Positions 35,716 through 48,754 of a DNA stretch of 62,000 nt are shown in pieces (positions within the stretch are counted from its first letter, which is position 1; each line of letters begins with the position of its first letter). The DNA is taken from assembly GCA_038087875.1 (NCBI GenBank), contig JAXLNO010000674.1, forward strand, positions 1 through 62,000, given 5' to 3'. Below the pieces are notes generated by a model. The model was not told the origin of the DNA. It was given only the letters and a program-made list of their open reading frames with translations, and did not search any database. Source of the stretch: Malacoraja senta. Lineage: Eukaryota. The position numbers and the translations under genes are program-made.

Positions 35716-36824
35716 CTAAAAAGACCTTTGTCCTTGAGCTGCGGCCTTCGAGCTTTCACCAGCTTCGATGTGACGTGGCCTGCTGGTGGATGCGTAGGGG
35801 TGCTGTCGCCGAGGTATTTTTCCCGATGCCTTGATGAGTCCGGCGGCTTTCGCCTCTTCATCCAGGTCTTTAACCTGTTTGGACAGGTTGCCCCCAAATA
35901 ACAAAATTGGCGGCGGTGTGGTGTTGGTCTTGCACAGAGCCGCAAATTTGGGGTTCAAGGCTGGGCGGATGGAATTCTTTCGGAAACAGTTAATCTCGAA
36001 CTGTGTATTGCAGAGCATCGCCAGCGTATCTTGCTGAGCCTCTGTCATTTCCGTGTCATCCACCGACCGGGCAAATGTTATAATCCCAGTTGTTAAAAGT
36101 TTGAGGATTTTCTGCATTTGTACCTCCTGTGCCCTTATACCTGCACCAATATGGCCCCAGATGGAGGGATTCACTGCTGGGACATTCAGTGAAATACAGT
36201 TCCCTGGTGCCAGGTATTTTGCAGTGGTTTCATTAACTGCCTGTTCCTGCAATTGATGGGTTGAAAGGTAGTCAATGCTGGCTGCTAGTTCTTGTTTCAG
36301 CGGCTGCCCTGACTGTGGAGGCACCACAAACTTTTTCACCATACCCAGCATTTTCTCTTCTGGCACCCCCAGCACACTTGAAGAATCTTCAGCCAACCCT
36401 TGTTCGGAGTCACCCCAGAAATGACTCCCAATGCTCCCCTCGAGGGAGATACATTGTGAATCCCTGAAAAAGGTACTGCCATGGGCTTCCTCTGAGGCCC
36501 GTAGTGACTTGACTCCTGCTCACAGAGTTTGTCACGGTGAAGCAATTGCTCCACTAGCCTCTCCAGACGTGTAATGCGACTACTGTCGCTGTCTGCCGCC
36601 GGCGTTTGCTCATGGCCCGACACATCGGAGTCCATGACCGTGTCCCATCTATTGCCGTTCGTGTCAGCCTGTGGCGACCCAGGCTGCACAGGTGCCAGGA
36701 CAGAGACCGCTGATCGCAAAGATTGCGATGCTGCAGTCGGCCGCTGCTGGCTCCCGGTACTTCCGCGGTCCTCCTCAGCCAGTTTCTTACCGGCCCGTTT
36801 GGACTTGGTACGGTTCCTGTCCAT
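35716..36824 (-). pseudogene. DIRS gag-like ORF1 (one frameshift near 36400)
   Basis: ORFs 36336..36824 and 35716..36396, homologous to the other three DIRS copies. Confidence 0.85.
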
Positions 36825-39355
36825 CGTTGGTCTTCCTGCAAACAGAAAAACACCTGAAAAAACGACCTCAGAGTAAGTAACTTACCTGTAGGTCTCCGGT
36901 TTTAAGCTTACCGCTGCGGGGAACGCTCCTCCCCTCCTGTCGCTCTCAATGCGCTAGATGATATATGTCGCGCATGCGCCCTGGCGGGCTCTTCACGTAG
37001 TCCCTCACGTGACTCCGAAGTAAAATAGTAAGATTAAACGAGACCTTACCAGTTTGAAGTTTGATCTTTATTTTTATGAGGAGTTACGATGAGGGATTAC
37101 GTGAAGAAAGTCGTCAGCCCGCATGCGCGTCAATCTGCAAAGCAGCGGTGTGAAGTCACAGATAAACAGTTGATGAACTGATAATAGTAAGATTCGAGAA
37201 CTTAGAAACTACCAGCTGTATTTTTATGAGGAGGGTTGGGAGCGGAGGGCACGTAATCCCTCAACGTAACTCCTCATAAAATAAAGATCAAATTTCAAAC
37301 TGGTAAGTTCTCGTTTAATCTTACTATTTTACTCGGAGTCATGTAAGTGACTATGTGAAGATTTTGAAGCTCTGTGACTTCATGCCGTGGAACGAGTCCA
37401 TGCGTCACACACTGCATGATTGACCAAGGAGGAGTAGAAATCAAGTATTCAGTCATGACATAAATTTGGAACATGCTGAAAAATATTTAATGGACAAAAT
37501 TATAATAGAAAAAACCCTCTTACACTCGAGAGGGGTTTACTAAACAGAACTTAAAATAGAGTTTGCAACACCACTCAACCTGACTACAGGTTTATTGTAA
37601 AACGTCTGGAACGTGTGTTCTGAGGACCATCCTGCGGCCGCTAGGATTTGGTCCAACGGGACGTCCAGGACCCTTGCTGCGGACGTAGCTGCAGCCCTGG
37701 TGGAATGAGATTTGAACACATCAGTGTCTATCCCAGCCTCAGCCAGAACATGTTTTAACCACCTAGAGATGGTTTGAGCTGAAACCTTTTTTTGCAGTTT
37801 CTTGTGACCGATAAATAATGTAAGTTCTGCCCCCCTAAGAACCTTGGTTGTTTTAATATATTGGTGGAGGTGTGTGACCACACATAATCGGGGGTCTAAG
37901 GGGTATGCCATCAATTGTAGCTTGAGACCGGAAACCCCAGGTCTGCTCTGTTTAATGAGATCATAGACAAAAAACGTTATGTCCCTGGCAGAAATCACCA
38001 TCCTATCCAGACGCAGCTTCTGTAATGACTGGACCCGTTGAGCTGATACTAAAGCCATGAGCATCACTACTTTGTAAGTGAGCGGAGAAGGGACAGGGAA
38101 GTAGCTTGAGCCCATTAGCAAAGTACTGTCAAAACCACACCTACATCCCATATTTTGATATACCTGGGCCTGGGAGGGTTTAAGTTAAAGATACCCCTCA
38201 TGAATCTGGATATTAATGGATGGGACCCAACAGATTGACCTAAACTTGGCAACAAATATGATGACAACGCACTTCTGGCACAACTCAGAGCACTGTAGCT
38301 CAATCTCTCGTCAACGTGGAGTTTTGAGAGGAATTCCAGAATGTTAGTTATGTGCGTTGTCTCATACGTGATGTTAGTTTGTAAACAGTACTCTTCCCAT
38401 TTCTTTATGTAGGAGATATACTGTTTTCTAGTGCTGTCTCTCCATGCCGCAGTTAGTACATCCACGGTATGGTCAGCTAGTCCAATCTCGAGAAAAGGTC
38501 TTCTTAGAATCTGCAAACCAATAAGTTTTAGCTGATCATGTAGGGGATGTTCTTCCCCAGTGATGGAGTGGATAGCAGATTCTAGCATTTAGGAACCTCC
38601 ATAAGGGTTCCATGACCACACCCAGAATGAGGGGATACCATGACTTAGTGGCCCCATCAGGGCTATTATGATGCCCGAGCCAGAGTCTTGATTGACTTTA
38701 AGCAGGCATCGACAGACAAGGCAGAATGGGTAGAACACAGAAAAACTTGTTCATCCCAATGCAGCGAGAATACATCAATCGCTATTGCCCTTAAGTCTGG
38801 TTTGCAACCAATTGGTGATCTTTTAGACTTAAGTCTGAACACAATAAACTTATATCCAGTGTAACATACCTAGATATAATATTATCTAGTGCTTTATAAT
38901 TCAACATCCATTCTGTGTTGTTATAAATTGCATGGCCTGGTGCATCATCATATAAAACCTAGCTGACAGATAGATAGGTGAAACTAAGTAATCCTTGGAA
39001 AACACCAGTGCACATTGAGACTGCTAAAATAGCTAATTTTGGAATGTTTAGAATTTATTAAGTAACCTGGGTGTTAAAGTTAACCCATTTAACCAACATT
39101 TTAAACTGCCATGGCTGCTCCAGTTAAATTCAGTTATTCCCGGTGATCCTAGATATGAACAACGTGATGTTTATTCAACATCCATTTAATGTAATTCCCC
39201 ACAACATGTGATTGTGCCACATTCCGCATATTTAGAGAAACTAGATCACCTACCTCCATGGTTGCTGGGTCATATGCGGTGTGTACTGGCATGTGCCAGT
39301 TGCTCCTGATTGGAGTCTGTTGGCCCGGGTTTTGCCCTGAAAAAGGCCTTAGGCT

Positions 39356-40280
39356 TTTTTTTTTTTAACTTAGTTTTTAGTTTTTCTTGTCTTTGTCTCT
39401 TGGGGAATTTTGACTTTTAATGTGGGGGGGTAAGGGGAAACTATTTTCTAGGTCCCTACCTGGTCGGTGAGGCAGCTTTTTCTCCGGGCTGCCCCGTCGA
39501 CCCGTCCTTGCGGCCTACCAGCGGGCATGGAGCGGCGTTTCCTGGCGGGGACTGCCCAGCACCTGCTGTGTACCTGAGTAGCCCAGCACATTCAGCTATT
39601 GCGGAGCGGAGCGGAGAGGGCGATGCCTTGCCTGGGTCGCCGCGCTGGATCGACGCGCTGGAGCTCCGGTGAGCTGTGGCCGCCGAGCTCAACACCTCCG
39701 GGCTGCGGGACTGCGGAGCGGGCGGCGGCGCCGACCCTAACATCGGGAGCCTCGGAGCTCCAAATCGGCGCGGCCTTGTTGGCTTCAGGTGCCACGGACT
39801 CCGGTAGGAAATCGGCCGTTCCAGGTGGCCCAGCCGCTGCGAGGACTCTCCCGACGCCGGGGCAAGAACACCCGGTGTGAACGGCCAGGAACATCGGGCC
39901 TCCATAGAGGCAACTGAGGAGGCCTCAATAGGCCTGACTTTGGGTGAACTGGGGTTGGGGACTGGACATTGTGCCTTCCCCCACAGTGGTAATCGTTGTG
40001 GGGGGATGATTTTTGTCTGTAAATGATATTTTATTTTGTGTCCAAGATGGCTGCGGAGGGGAGAGTGGACGCTGGCGCGCTTTAGCAGCCGCTGCTCTCT
40101 CTTCCATATTGTGTTTTTGATTTTTGTTTTTGGATTGAATTCTGGCTTTAATTTGTGTACTTGTGATGTCTTTACTATTTATTTCATTCCGCTTCCATGT
40201 TTCTACACTTTGTTAAACTTTGTAAGGTGTCCTTGAGACTTTTGAAAGGCGCCCATAAATAAAATGTATTAATATTATTA
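39356..40280 (+). mobile_element. Non-autonomous retroposon with L2-like tail inserted in DIRS B
   Basis: TTAGGCT duplicated at 39349-39355 and 40281-40287; ends ttgaaaggcgcccataaataaaatg(tat)n. Confidence 0.7.
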
Positions 40281-41064
40281 TTAGGCTGCCTCTGTCGGTT
40301 CTTGAGCTGGTACTGCCAGTAGACCACCTGCTGCCAGCAGAGGCATATGGGTGCTGCCGTCAGAATGCTGATGGTCTGTCTGCTGGTGGAGCTCTGAGTA
40401 GCCCCACTGCTTTTGACTCATCGTCCAACTCTTTAATTTGTTTAGACAAGTCCTCCCCAAATAGATAATTGGGCGGCAGCACATTGGTTGACTTACATAA
40501 CCCCGCAAACTTGGGATTAAGTACCGGACGAATGGCGTTTTTTCTAAAACAATTTATTTGAAAATGTGCATTGCACATTAGAGCCAATGCGTCTTGTTGA
40601 ATCTCTGTCAGGGAGCTATTATCTACAGACCTGGCAAAGGCAGTGACTCCAGCAGCTAGCAGGCTCAGGATTCTTTGGAGTTTAACCTCCTGAGTCTTAA
40701 TGCCTTCTCCCATGTAACTCCAAATAGAGCTATTAACAGTGGGGACCTTTAGCGAGGTGCAGTTTCTAGGTGTTTGTTACTTCATTGCTGTTTCCAGCAT
40801 TACCTGCTCCTGCAGTTGTTGAGAGGTTAGGTAATTTATACTGGCCGCTAAATCCTCGTTCAACGGCTCACTGACTTGAGACGGCATCGCAAACGTAGAT
40901 ACCATGGAGGGTACATTTATTTCTTGTAGGTCTTGTGCTACTGTCATGGCACTGAAGGGTGAGCCCGCCCAGGGCTGTTAACCTAAACTCCCTTCTTCCG
41001 ACAGGGAGATATAACGCAGCCCTGCACCAGGCGCTACCACGGGTCCCTCAAGCCCGTGTTGATA

Positions 41065-44000
41065 TCAAGTTCAAGTTCAAGTGAGTTTATTGTCATGTGT
41101 CCCCGATAGGACAATGAAATTCTTGCTTTGCTTCAGCACAACAGAACATAGTAGGCATTGACTACAAGGCATTCTATAAATATATACACACATGAATCAA
41201 TATACTGATAAAGTGCAAATAACAATATTGGCTAATAAAGTTCAGTGTTATGTCCGAGCCAGGTTTAATAGCCTGATGGCTGTGGGGAAGTAGCTATTCC
41301 TGAACCTGGTCGTTGCAGTCTTCAGGCTCCTGTACCTTCTACCTGAAGGTAGCAGGGAGATGAGTGTGTGGCCAGGATGGTGTGGGTCCTTGATGATATT
41401 GCCAGCCTTATTGAGGCAGCGACTGTGATAGATCCCCTCGATGGAAGGGAGGTCAGAGCCGATGATTGACTGGGCAATGTTTACTACTTTTTGTAGTCTT
41501 TTCCTCTCCAGGGTGCTCAAGTTGCCGAACCAAGCCACGATGCAACCGGTCAGCATGCTCTCTACTGTGCACCTGTAGAAGTTGGAGAGAGTCCTCCTTG
41601 ACAAACCGACTCTCCGTAATCTTCTCAGGAAGTAGAGGCGCTGATGTGCTTTCTTAATAATGGCATCAGTGTTTCTCGGACCAGGAAAGATCTTCAGGGA
41701 TGTGCACGCCCAGGAATTTGAAGCTCTTGACCCTTTCAACCATTGACCCGTTGATATAAACGGGACTGTGGGTCCCCATCCTACTCCTTCCAAAGTCCAC
41801 AATCAGTTCCTTGGTTTTGCTGGTGTTGAGGGCCAGGTTATTGTGCTGGCACCATATGGACAGTTGCTCGATCTCTCTTCTGTACTCTGACTCATCCCCA
41901 TCAGTGATACGTCCCACAACAGTGGTGTCGTCAGCGAACTTGATGATGCCCTATGTCCGGCTACGCAGTCATGAGTATAGAGTGAGTACAGCAGGGGGCT
42001 GAGCACGCAGCCTTGAGGTGCTCCCGTGCTGATTGTTATCGAGTCTGACACATTTCCACCAATACGAACAGTCTGTGGTCTGAGTGAGGAAGTCGAGGAT
42101 CCAATTGCAGAGGGATGTGCAGAGACCCAGTTCTGCGAGTTTGGTAACCAGCTTGGAGGGGATGATTGTACTAAATGCCGAGCTGTAATCGATGAATAAC
42201 AGCCTGACATATGAGTTGTTGTTGTCCAAGTGGTCCAGAACGGAGTGGAGGGCCAGCGAGATCGCATCCACCGTTGATCTGTTGTGGCGGTAAGCGAACT
42301 GCAGTGGGTCCAGGTTTTTGTCGAGGTAGGAGTTGATCTGCGTCATGATCAACCTCTCAAAGCACTTCATCACCACAGGCGTTAGTGCCACAGGTCGATA
42401 GTCATTGAGGCACGTCACCTTACTCTTCTTGGGCACTGGTATAATTGATGCCCTTTTGAAGCAGGTGGGAACCTCAGACCTCAGGTTGAAAATGTCCGTA
42501 AAAACTCCAGCCAGTTGGTCCGCACAGGTTTTTAGAACACGACCAGGTATACCATCAGGTCCAGGCACTTTCCGAGGTTTCACCCCTCTGAAGGATTTCC
42601 TGACGTCGGCCTCTGTGACTGAGACTGAAATACCATCACAGCGAATGGGGGCTCGGGAAGGCACATCGGTGTTCTCCCTATCAAAGCATGCGTAGAACGC
42701 ATTGAGCTCATCAGGGAGTGATGTTTCGCCGACATTCGAGCTGCCTCCTGATTTTGACTTGTAAGAGGTGATTGCATTCAGGCTCTGCCACAGCCGCCGA
42801 ACATCTGTCTCTTCCTCCAGTTTGGAGCAGAAGTCCCTTTTGGCCTTTTTGATGGCCTTACCAAGGTCATATCCGGACTTCTTGAAGGCCACTGTATCAT
42901 CAGACATGAATGCCCAGTTTCTGGTCTTCAGAAGAGTGCGGATCTCAAAGTTCATCGAAGGTTTCTGATTAGGAAACGCTCGGAAGGTTTTGGTGGGGAT
43001 GCAGTCCTCCACACACTTCTTAATGAAGTCTGTAACGACTGTGGCGTATTCGTTCAGATCCGTTGCCGAGTCCTTGAACATTGCCCTGTCTACAGACTCC
43101 AAACAGTCCTGGAGTTGTTCCTCTGCCCCCCCCCCCCGACCAGCTCTGTACTGTCCTCACCTCTGGGGGTGCGCTCTTTAATTGCTGCCTGTAGGCAGGA
43201 AGAAGCAGCACCGCGGTATGGTCGGATTTACCGAAGTGAGGGCGAGGGATAGAGCGATAGGCATTCTTGATGGTGGTGTAGCAGTGGTCGAGGGTGTTTG
43301 GTCCTCTGGTGCAGCAGGAGACATGTTGGTGGAAGTTAGGGAGTGATTTCTTTAGGTTTGCCTTATTGAAGTCCCCGGCTATGGTGGTGAACGCCTCGGG
43401 GTAAGACGTCTGGTGTTTGTTGACCACGGCGTGCAGCTCCTCCAGTGCCAGACGGACGTCTGCCTGGGGTGGGATGTAGACCGCGGTCAGGATGATGGAG
43501 GTGAATTCCCTTGGTAGGTAGAAGGGATGGCACTTCACCGCCAGATGTTCGAGGTGTGGAGAGCAGGAGTTGGACAGGACTGCCACGTCCGAGCACCACG
43601 CTGAGTTGACCATGAGGCAGACGCCCCCTCCTCTTCCTTTCCCAGATGCCAGTGTACGGTCCATACGGTGGATGGAGAAACCTTCAGGCTGGACAGCTGA
43701 GTCTGGGGAGCTGGGGGTGAGCCATGTCTCTGTGAAACAGAACACAGAGCATTCCCTCAGCTCCCTTTGATAAAGCAGCCTTGCCCTTAAGTCCTCCACT
43801 TTATTTTCAAGGGACTGTACGTTGGCCAGTAGGATAGTAGGGAGAGGGGGCCGAAGTCCCCTGCGCTTCAGTCCGACCTGAAGTCATGCCAGTCGGCCAC
43901 GTTTCCGGACACAATGGAGGCTTCCCCTTTGTTTCCAGGTGCTGAGTCTACTGTACCTGCTGTTTCTGCGGACCTGCGCTGGGACGGGGATTCCTTCACA

Positions 44001-44364
44001 GACGGCAGCTCCAGCTCCGTAACGAACGGGGGTACATTCAGTTGGCAGCTCCAGCTTCATTGTTCCTGGGAGATCCGGCCTGTGGGCTCTGGAGGTCATC
44101 CCGGGGTTTCCAGGTACAGTACCTGGGATCATCCGTCGGGTTGGGAGCCACAGCCAGCGTGGGAAAGTTTAAAGTCCGGGGCTCCCGTAGCTGCGGGAGA
44201 TCGCGAAATTGCCAGCGCTTTCAGCTGCCCAAGCAGCTTGTCTGAAACGGCACTGATTACTGCCGTTTCCCTGACCCAGGTAAGTTGATAGAAGTTGTAG
44301 GTGAACCTTTTCTGTTCTGGTGCTCCGCAAAAGTCGCCGCAGGCAGGCGCCATCTTGGGTATTC
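41065..44364 (-). mobile_element. Full-length degenerate Rex1/Babar LINE inserted in DIRS B gag
   Basis: TSD TTGATA (41059-41064 / 44365-44370); 5' caagATGGCGCC; (caagtt)n tail; APE and RT motifs in ORFs 43020..43799, 41969..43102, 41248..41802. Confidence 0.93.
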
Positions 44365-45540
44365 TTGATAACTCCTGTTCCTGGAGTATGTCATGCTCGA
44401 GCATCTTGTCCCTAAGATGCTCCATGCGGGAAATTCGTCCGACGACGTTCCCTGTAAGGGGAGGCGAATCCTCCTGGCCGGACTCATCTGAGTAAACCGG
44501 CCTGTAGGTTTTTCGCTTGGCCTTCCCGACTCTCGGGGTAACCAAGGTGCCTTCCATAGGCGTTGTGTCAGAAGTTGCTGGTTGTGCTACCAGCGACCGA
44601 GACGGTGAGACCGACGGCCGCCCGCTAACCGCACTCCCGCGGTACTCAGTAGCGGCTTTCCCCGCGGCCCGCCTGGTCTTCACCCTGGTCTTGTCCATAA
44701 TGAAAAAATTTGCTTCCTAAATGTAACACGGAAACGAAAAGGCAACCGCCGGTAAAGTTTAAACTTACCTGGAGGTCTTTAAACTTACCGCTGGAGGAGC
44801 GACGCGCCTACCAGCCAGTCGCGGCGCAATGCGTAGACGTAATGACGCGCATGCGGGATGACGGCCTTCTTCACGTGACTCCGAAGTAAAATAAAGATTA
44901 AGTTGTGTTTACCTTGGTTTAGAGTCTTTTGTTCGACAGGTCAGTTGATGCCCTGTAGAGGCAATGCGGTCAACAGGGAAATGTACAATTTTACCGGCCA
45001 ATTAACCAACAAACCCGCAAGTCTTTGGAGTGTGTGTGTGTGTGACGGAACGGTACAGATGTCCCTTATTACCCCACACCCCCTCCCCTCCATACTTGCG
45101 GATGGTGCAGAAGTGATCTCACTAACTCTGACTCATCTTAATTTGTTTATCATCCAGTCCATGCCTCCAGGCATTGGCATGGTTTGAGCGCTGTGCAAAT
45201 TTCCCTCGAACTTTGAATAACGTTCAGGAAAGGGCTGCTGAGCAAGTCTCTCTGAGGGGTGAGAGGAGAGGTCATGGCGTTTGAGGTCATGGCGACACAG
45301 GGCGGCCCGATGGCGCAGCGGTAAAGTTGCTGCCTCAAAGTGCCGACCCGGGTTCGATCCTGAATACAGGTGCTGTCTGTACGGATTTTTACGTTCTCCC
45401 CGCTTCCGCAAGGGTTTTCTCCAAAGGGTCTGTTTCCACACTTTTATCTCTAAACTAAACTAAATCCCCATGTGTATGTACCTGCCCACATAGTTTCTCT
45501 GCTCGACAACACATCCTATCTACATGTGACGCCACTTTCA

Positions 45541-46540
45541 ATAGACAGGTGCAGGAGTAGGCCATTTGGCCCTTTGAGCCAGCACCATCATTCACTGTGA
45601 TCATGGCTGATCATCCATAATCAGTACCCCGTTCCTGCCTTCTCCCCATATCACTTGAATCCGCTATCTTGAAGAGCTCTATCTAACTCGCTCTTGAAAG
45701 CATCCAGAGAATTAGCCTCCACTGCCTTCTGAGGCAGAGAATTCACAACTCTGCGTGAAATAGGTTTTACTCATCTCTGTTTTAAATGGCCTACCCCTTA
45801 TTCTTAAACTGTGGCCTCTGGTTCCTGACTCTCCCAACATCGGAAACACGTTTCCTGCCTCTAGAGTGTCCATACCGTTAATAATCTTATATGTTTCAAT
45901 AAGATTCCCTCTCATCCTTCTAAATTCCAGAGTATACAAGCCCGGCGATAACGTATGACAGTCCTGCCATCCCGGGAATTAACCTCATGAACCTACGCTG
46001 CACTACCTCAATAGCAAGAATGTCCTTCCTCAAATTTGGAGACCAAAACTGCACACATTACGCCAGGTGTGGTCTCACCAGGCCCTGTACAACTGTAGAA
46101 GGACCTCTTTGCTGAACACCTCTTGTTATGAAGGCCAACATGCCATACGCTTTATTCACTGCCTGCTGTACCAGCATGCTTACTTTCATTGACTGATATA
46201 CAAGGACACCCAGATCTTGTTGTACTTCCCCTTTTCCCAACTTGACACCATTCAGATAATAATCTGCCTTCCTGTTTTTGCCACCAAAGTGGATAACCTC
46301 ACATTTATCCACAGTAAACTGCATCTGCCATGCATCTGCCCACTCAACCAATCTACAAGTCACCCTGCATTCTCATAGCATCCTCCTCACAGTTCACACT
46401 GCCACCCAGCTTTGTGTCATCTGCAAATTTGCTAATGTTACTCTTAATCCCTTCATCTAAATCATTGACGTATATTGTAAATAGCTGCGGTCCCAGCACT
46501 GAGGCTTGCGGGACCCCATTAGTCACTGCTTACCATTTTC
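45541..46540 (-). mobile_element. CR1 LINE 3' fragment
   Basis: EWADAWQMQFTVDKCEVIHFG...DLGVLV; LEFRRMRGNLIETYKI; 3' UTR. Confidence 0.9.
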
Positions 46541-47354
46541 TAGGGTATAGTTCAGGGAACTTCCAACCTGCACTCCTTTAGATATTAACTTCAGCATTGC
46601 CAAAGGTCCTTCGGTCCACCGAGTCTGTGCCGACCAGCGATCACTCCATACATTAGCACGAACCCACACACTGATCCCTTCCTATAGCTCTGGCCCCTCG
46701 AGTCCTGGCAACATCCTCGTAAATCTTCTCAGTACCCTTTCCAGCTTGACAACATCTTTCTTATAACATGGTGCCTAGAACTGAACACAATACTCTAAAT
46801 GCAGCATCAGCAAACTTGTGTATAACTTCAACATGACTAAATGGGCTGTGGGCCGAGCATTGAAAATGAGTCTAGAATCTAACTTTCATGACCCATGCCT
46901 GGTCTCTACTTGAAATTTGGCACAGATTTAGATAAAATAAAATTGAGAAGGAATTCATAACTCATCAATGTCAAAAGTTGCACACTAATTAATTAAGCTA
47001 ATTAGAAAATTAGATCGAAAAAGTAAGCGACATCTAGTGCTCAATGCTCATATTACTCCATGGGGAGCCTAATTCCGTGCTGCAGTCTATTTAAACCATA
47101 TATTATATATATATATATATGACGTGAATATGACTGGAATTATATATCTATATTACTAAAAGTAAGATCTTGACCACTTCCCGTTTTTCTGTTTCATGAT
47201 TTTTGAAAAATCGCTGTCACTTATGGCTGTGATTTTTGACTGTGGAGGGCGGTGCGTCTCGGAGCTTCCTTGCAGTCGCCTGACAAAGCGCAAAATAAGC
47301 AATCAGCTATAAAGTGCTTTGCAGCATCAGCCATTTTAAATACAGTGGCGCACG

Positions 47355-47678
47355 GGCAGCACAGTGGCACAGTAGTAGAGTCGTTGCCTCACAGATCCAG
47401 AGACCTGGGTTCGATCCTAACCTTGAGTGCTGTGTAGTGTCCATGTAGAGTTTAGATGTTCTCCCTGAGACCATGTGGGTTCCTTCCAGGTGCTCTGGTT
47501 TCCTCCCACATCCCAAAGACGTGCAAAGTAAGTCAATTGGCTTCTGTAAATTGCCGCTAGTGTGTAGAGAGTGGATGAGAAAGTGGTCTAACACAGAACT
47601 AGTGTACGGGTGATCGATGGTTGGCAAGGATTCAGTAGGTTGAATGGCCTGTTACCATGCTGTATCACTAAACTAAAC
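47355..47678 (+). mobile_element. HE1/V-SINE-type SINE
   Basis: Head gggttcgatcc, core ggtttcctcccacatcccaaagacgtgc, tail ctgtatcactaaactaaac. Confidence 0.85.
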
Positions 47679-48754
47679 CAGCTTGAGTGTTTGCTTAAAT
47701 TTTGCAGTAATATCAAACATTTATAATCAATGCAAACACTTGATAATTATATCCCAATGCATTAAATCAAGTTTGACTTACATCACACAGCCCCCAAAAG
47801 GTAGGTCACTATAAACAACTCTACTTTCAATCATAAAAATGAAAGGTTGTTGGTAAATATACATGGAGGATTAAATATATTACAAATGGTTGTGTGATGA
47901 CGTGAGGTGTTGTACACTGATATGATAGCTAGGATCGTGTACATGGCCAGAGAGCAATGCATTTTACAAGCTGCTCACTGTGGAGGTTTGACAGTTGCTG
48001 AGATATTTGGGAATATCATCACCATGGAGACAGAGGGAGAGAATAAGAGGTCTGTCATTTAAAACGGAGGCGTGCAGAAATCTCTTCTCTCAGAGGGGAG
48101 TGAATGGTGAATTACCTGACCTCAAAGATGGTGGAGGTTGGATCATTCGATGTATTTAAAGCCAAGACACATAAATATGTGAATGATCCAGGAATTGAGG
48201 GCTATGTGAAAAGAACTAACTGCTATTAGTTATTAACTAATAGCAGTTGCAATTTACTAGCAACTAGTAAATTACTAGTACTGATAAACTAGTAATTTAC
48301 CAGTACTAGCAAACATTTAGATGCGTGATCTGGGGAATATTGGCTATGATCACACTGAATAGTGGGACAGGCTTGAGGGGCCTAGTAGCCTCATCTTGCT
48401 CCTGTTTTCTCATGCAAAAACATGGGGAACAAATTCTATTGAAGCATTCAGCCTAAGAAATCAATTTTCTTTCATTAGGTCTTACAGTATATTAGTCATT
48501 CTAAACAATTGAGCTTTGTATATTGGTGTACAGGTAAACAACTTATTACAGGTTTCAACAGGGACCTCAAGCGGCCCAAGTCCAGCACACCGCTTTGCAA
48601 AACTCTCTCAGTTCATTGATATTGAGCTGAAAAATAACACAAGAGTAAAGTTAGATTTGAAAGAATTGTGGTCCTTTTGGCTAAATGTCTACATTAGCCT
48701 CAATGAAAGCCACACTAGGCTGCACAGGGACAGAAGACTTTGCTTCAGATTATA

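Larger units (their letters stand above)
32221..37026 (-). mobile_element. Near-complete DIRS1-like tyrosine-recombinase retrotransposon (element A)
   Basis: Order gag - RT/RNaseH - methyltransferase - YR. ITRs (36958-36998 vs 32292-32328). Internal complementary region 32433-32544 complementary to both termini. Confidence 0.95.
37027..44892 (-). mobile_element. Second DIRS1-like element (element B), RT largely deleted, with two nested insertions
   Basis: Own ITRs (37105-37135 vs 44840-44875), ICR ~37250-37360, YR 37540-38588 (KSHSTRAAATS...FYNKP), decayed MT ~38580-38930, gag pieces 40281-41064 and 44365-44698. Confidence 0.92.
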
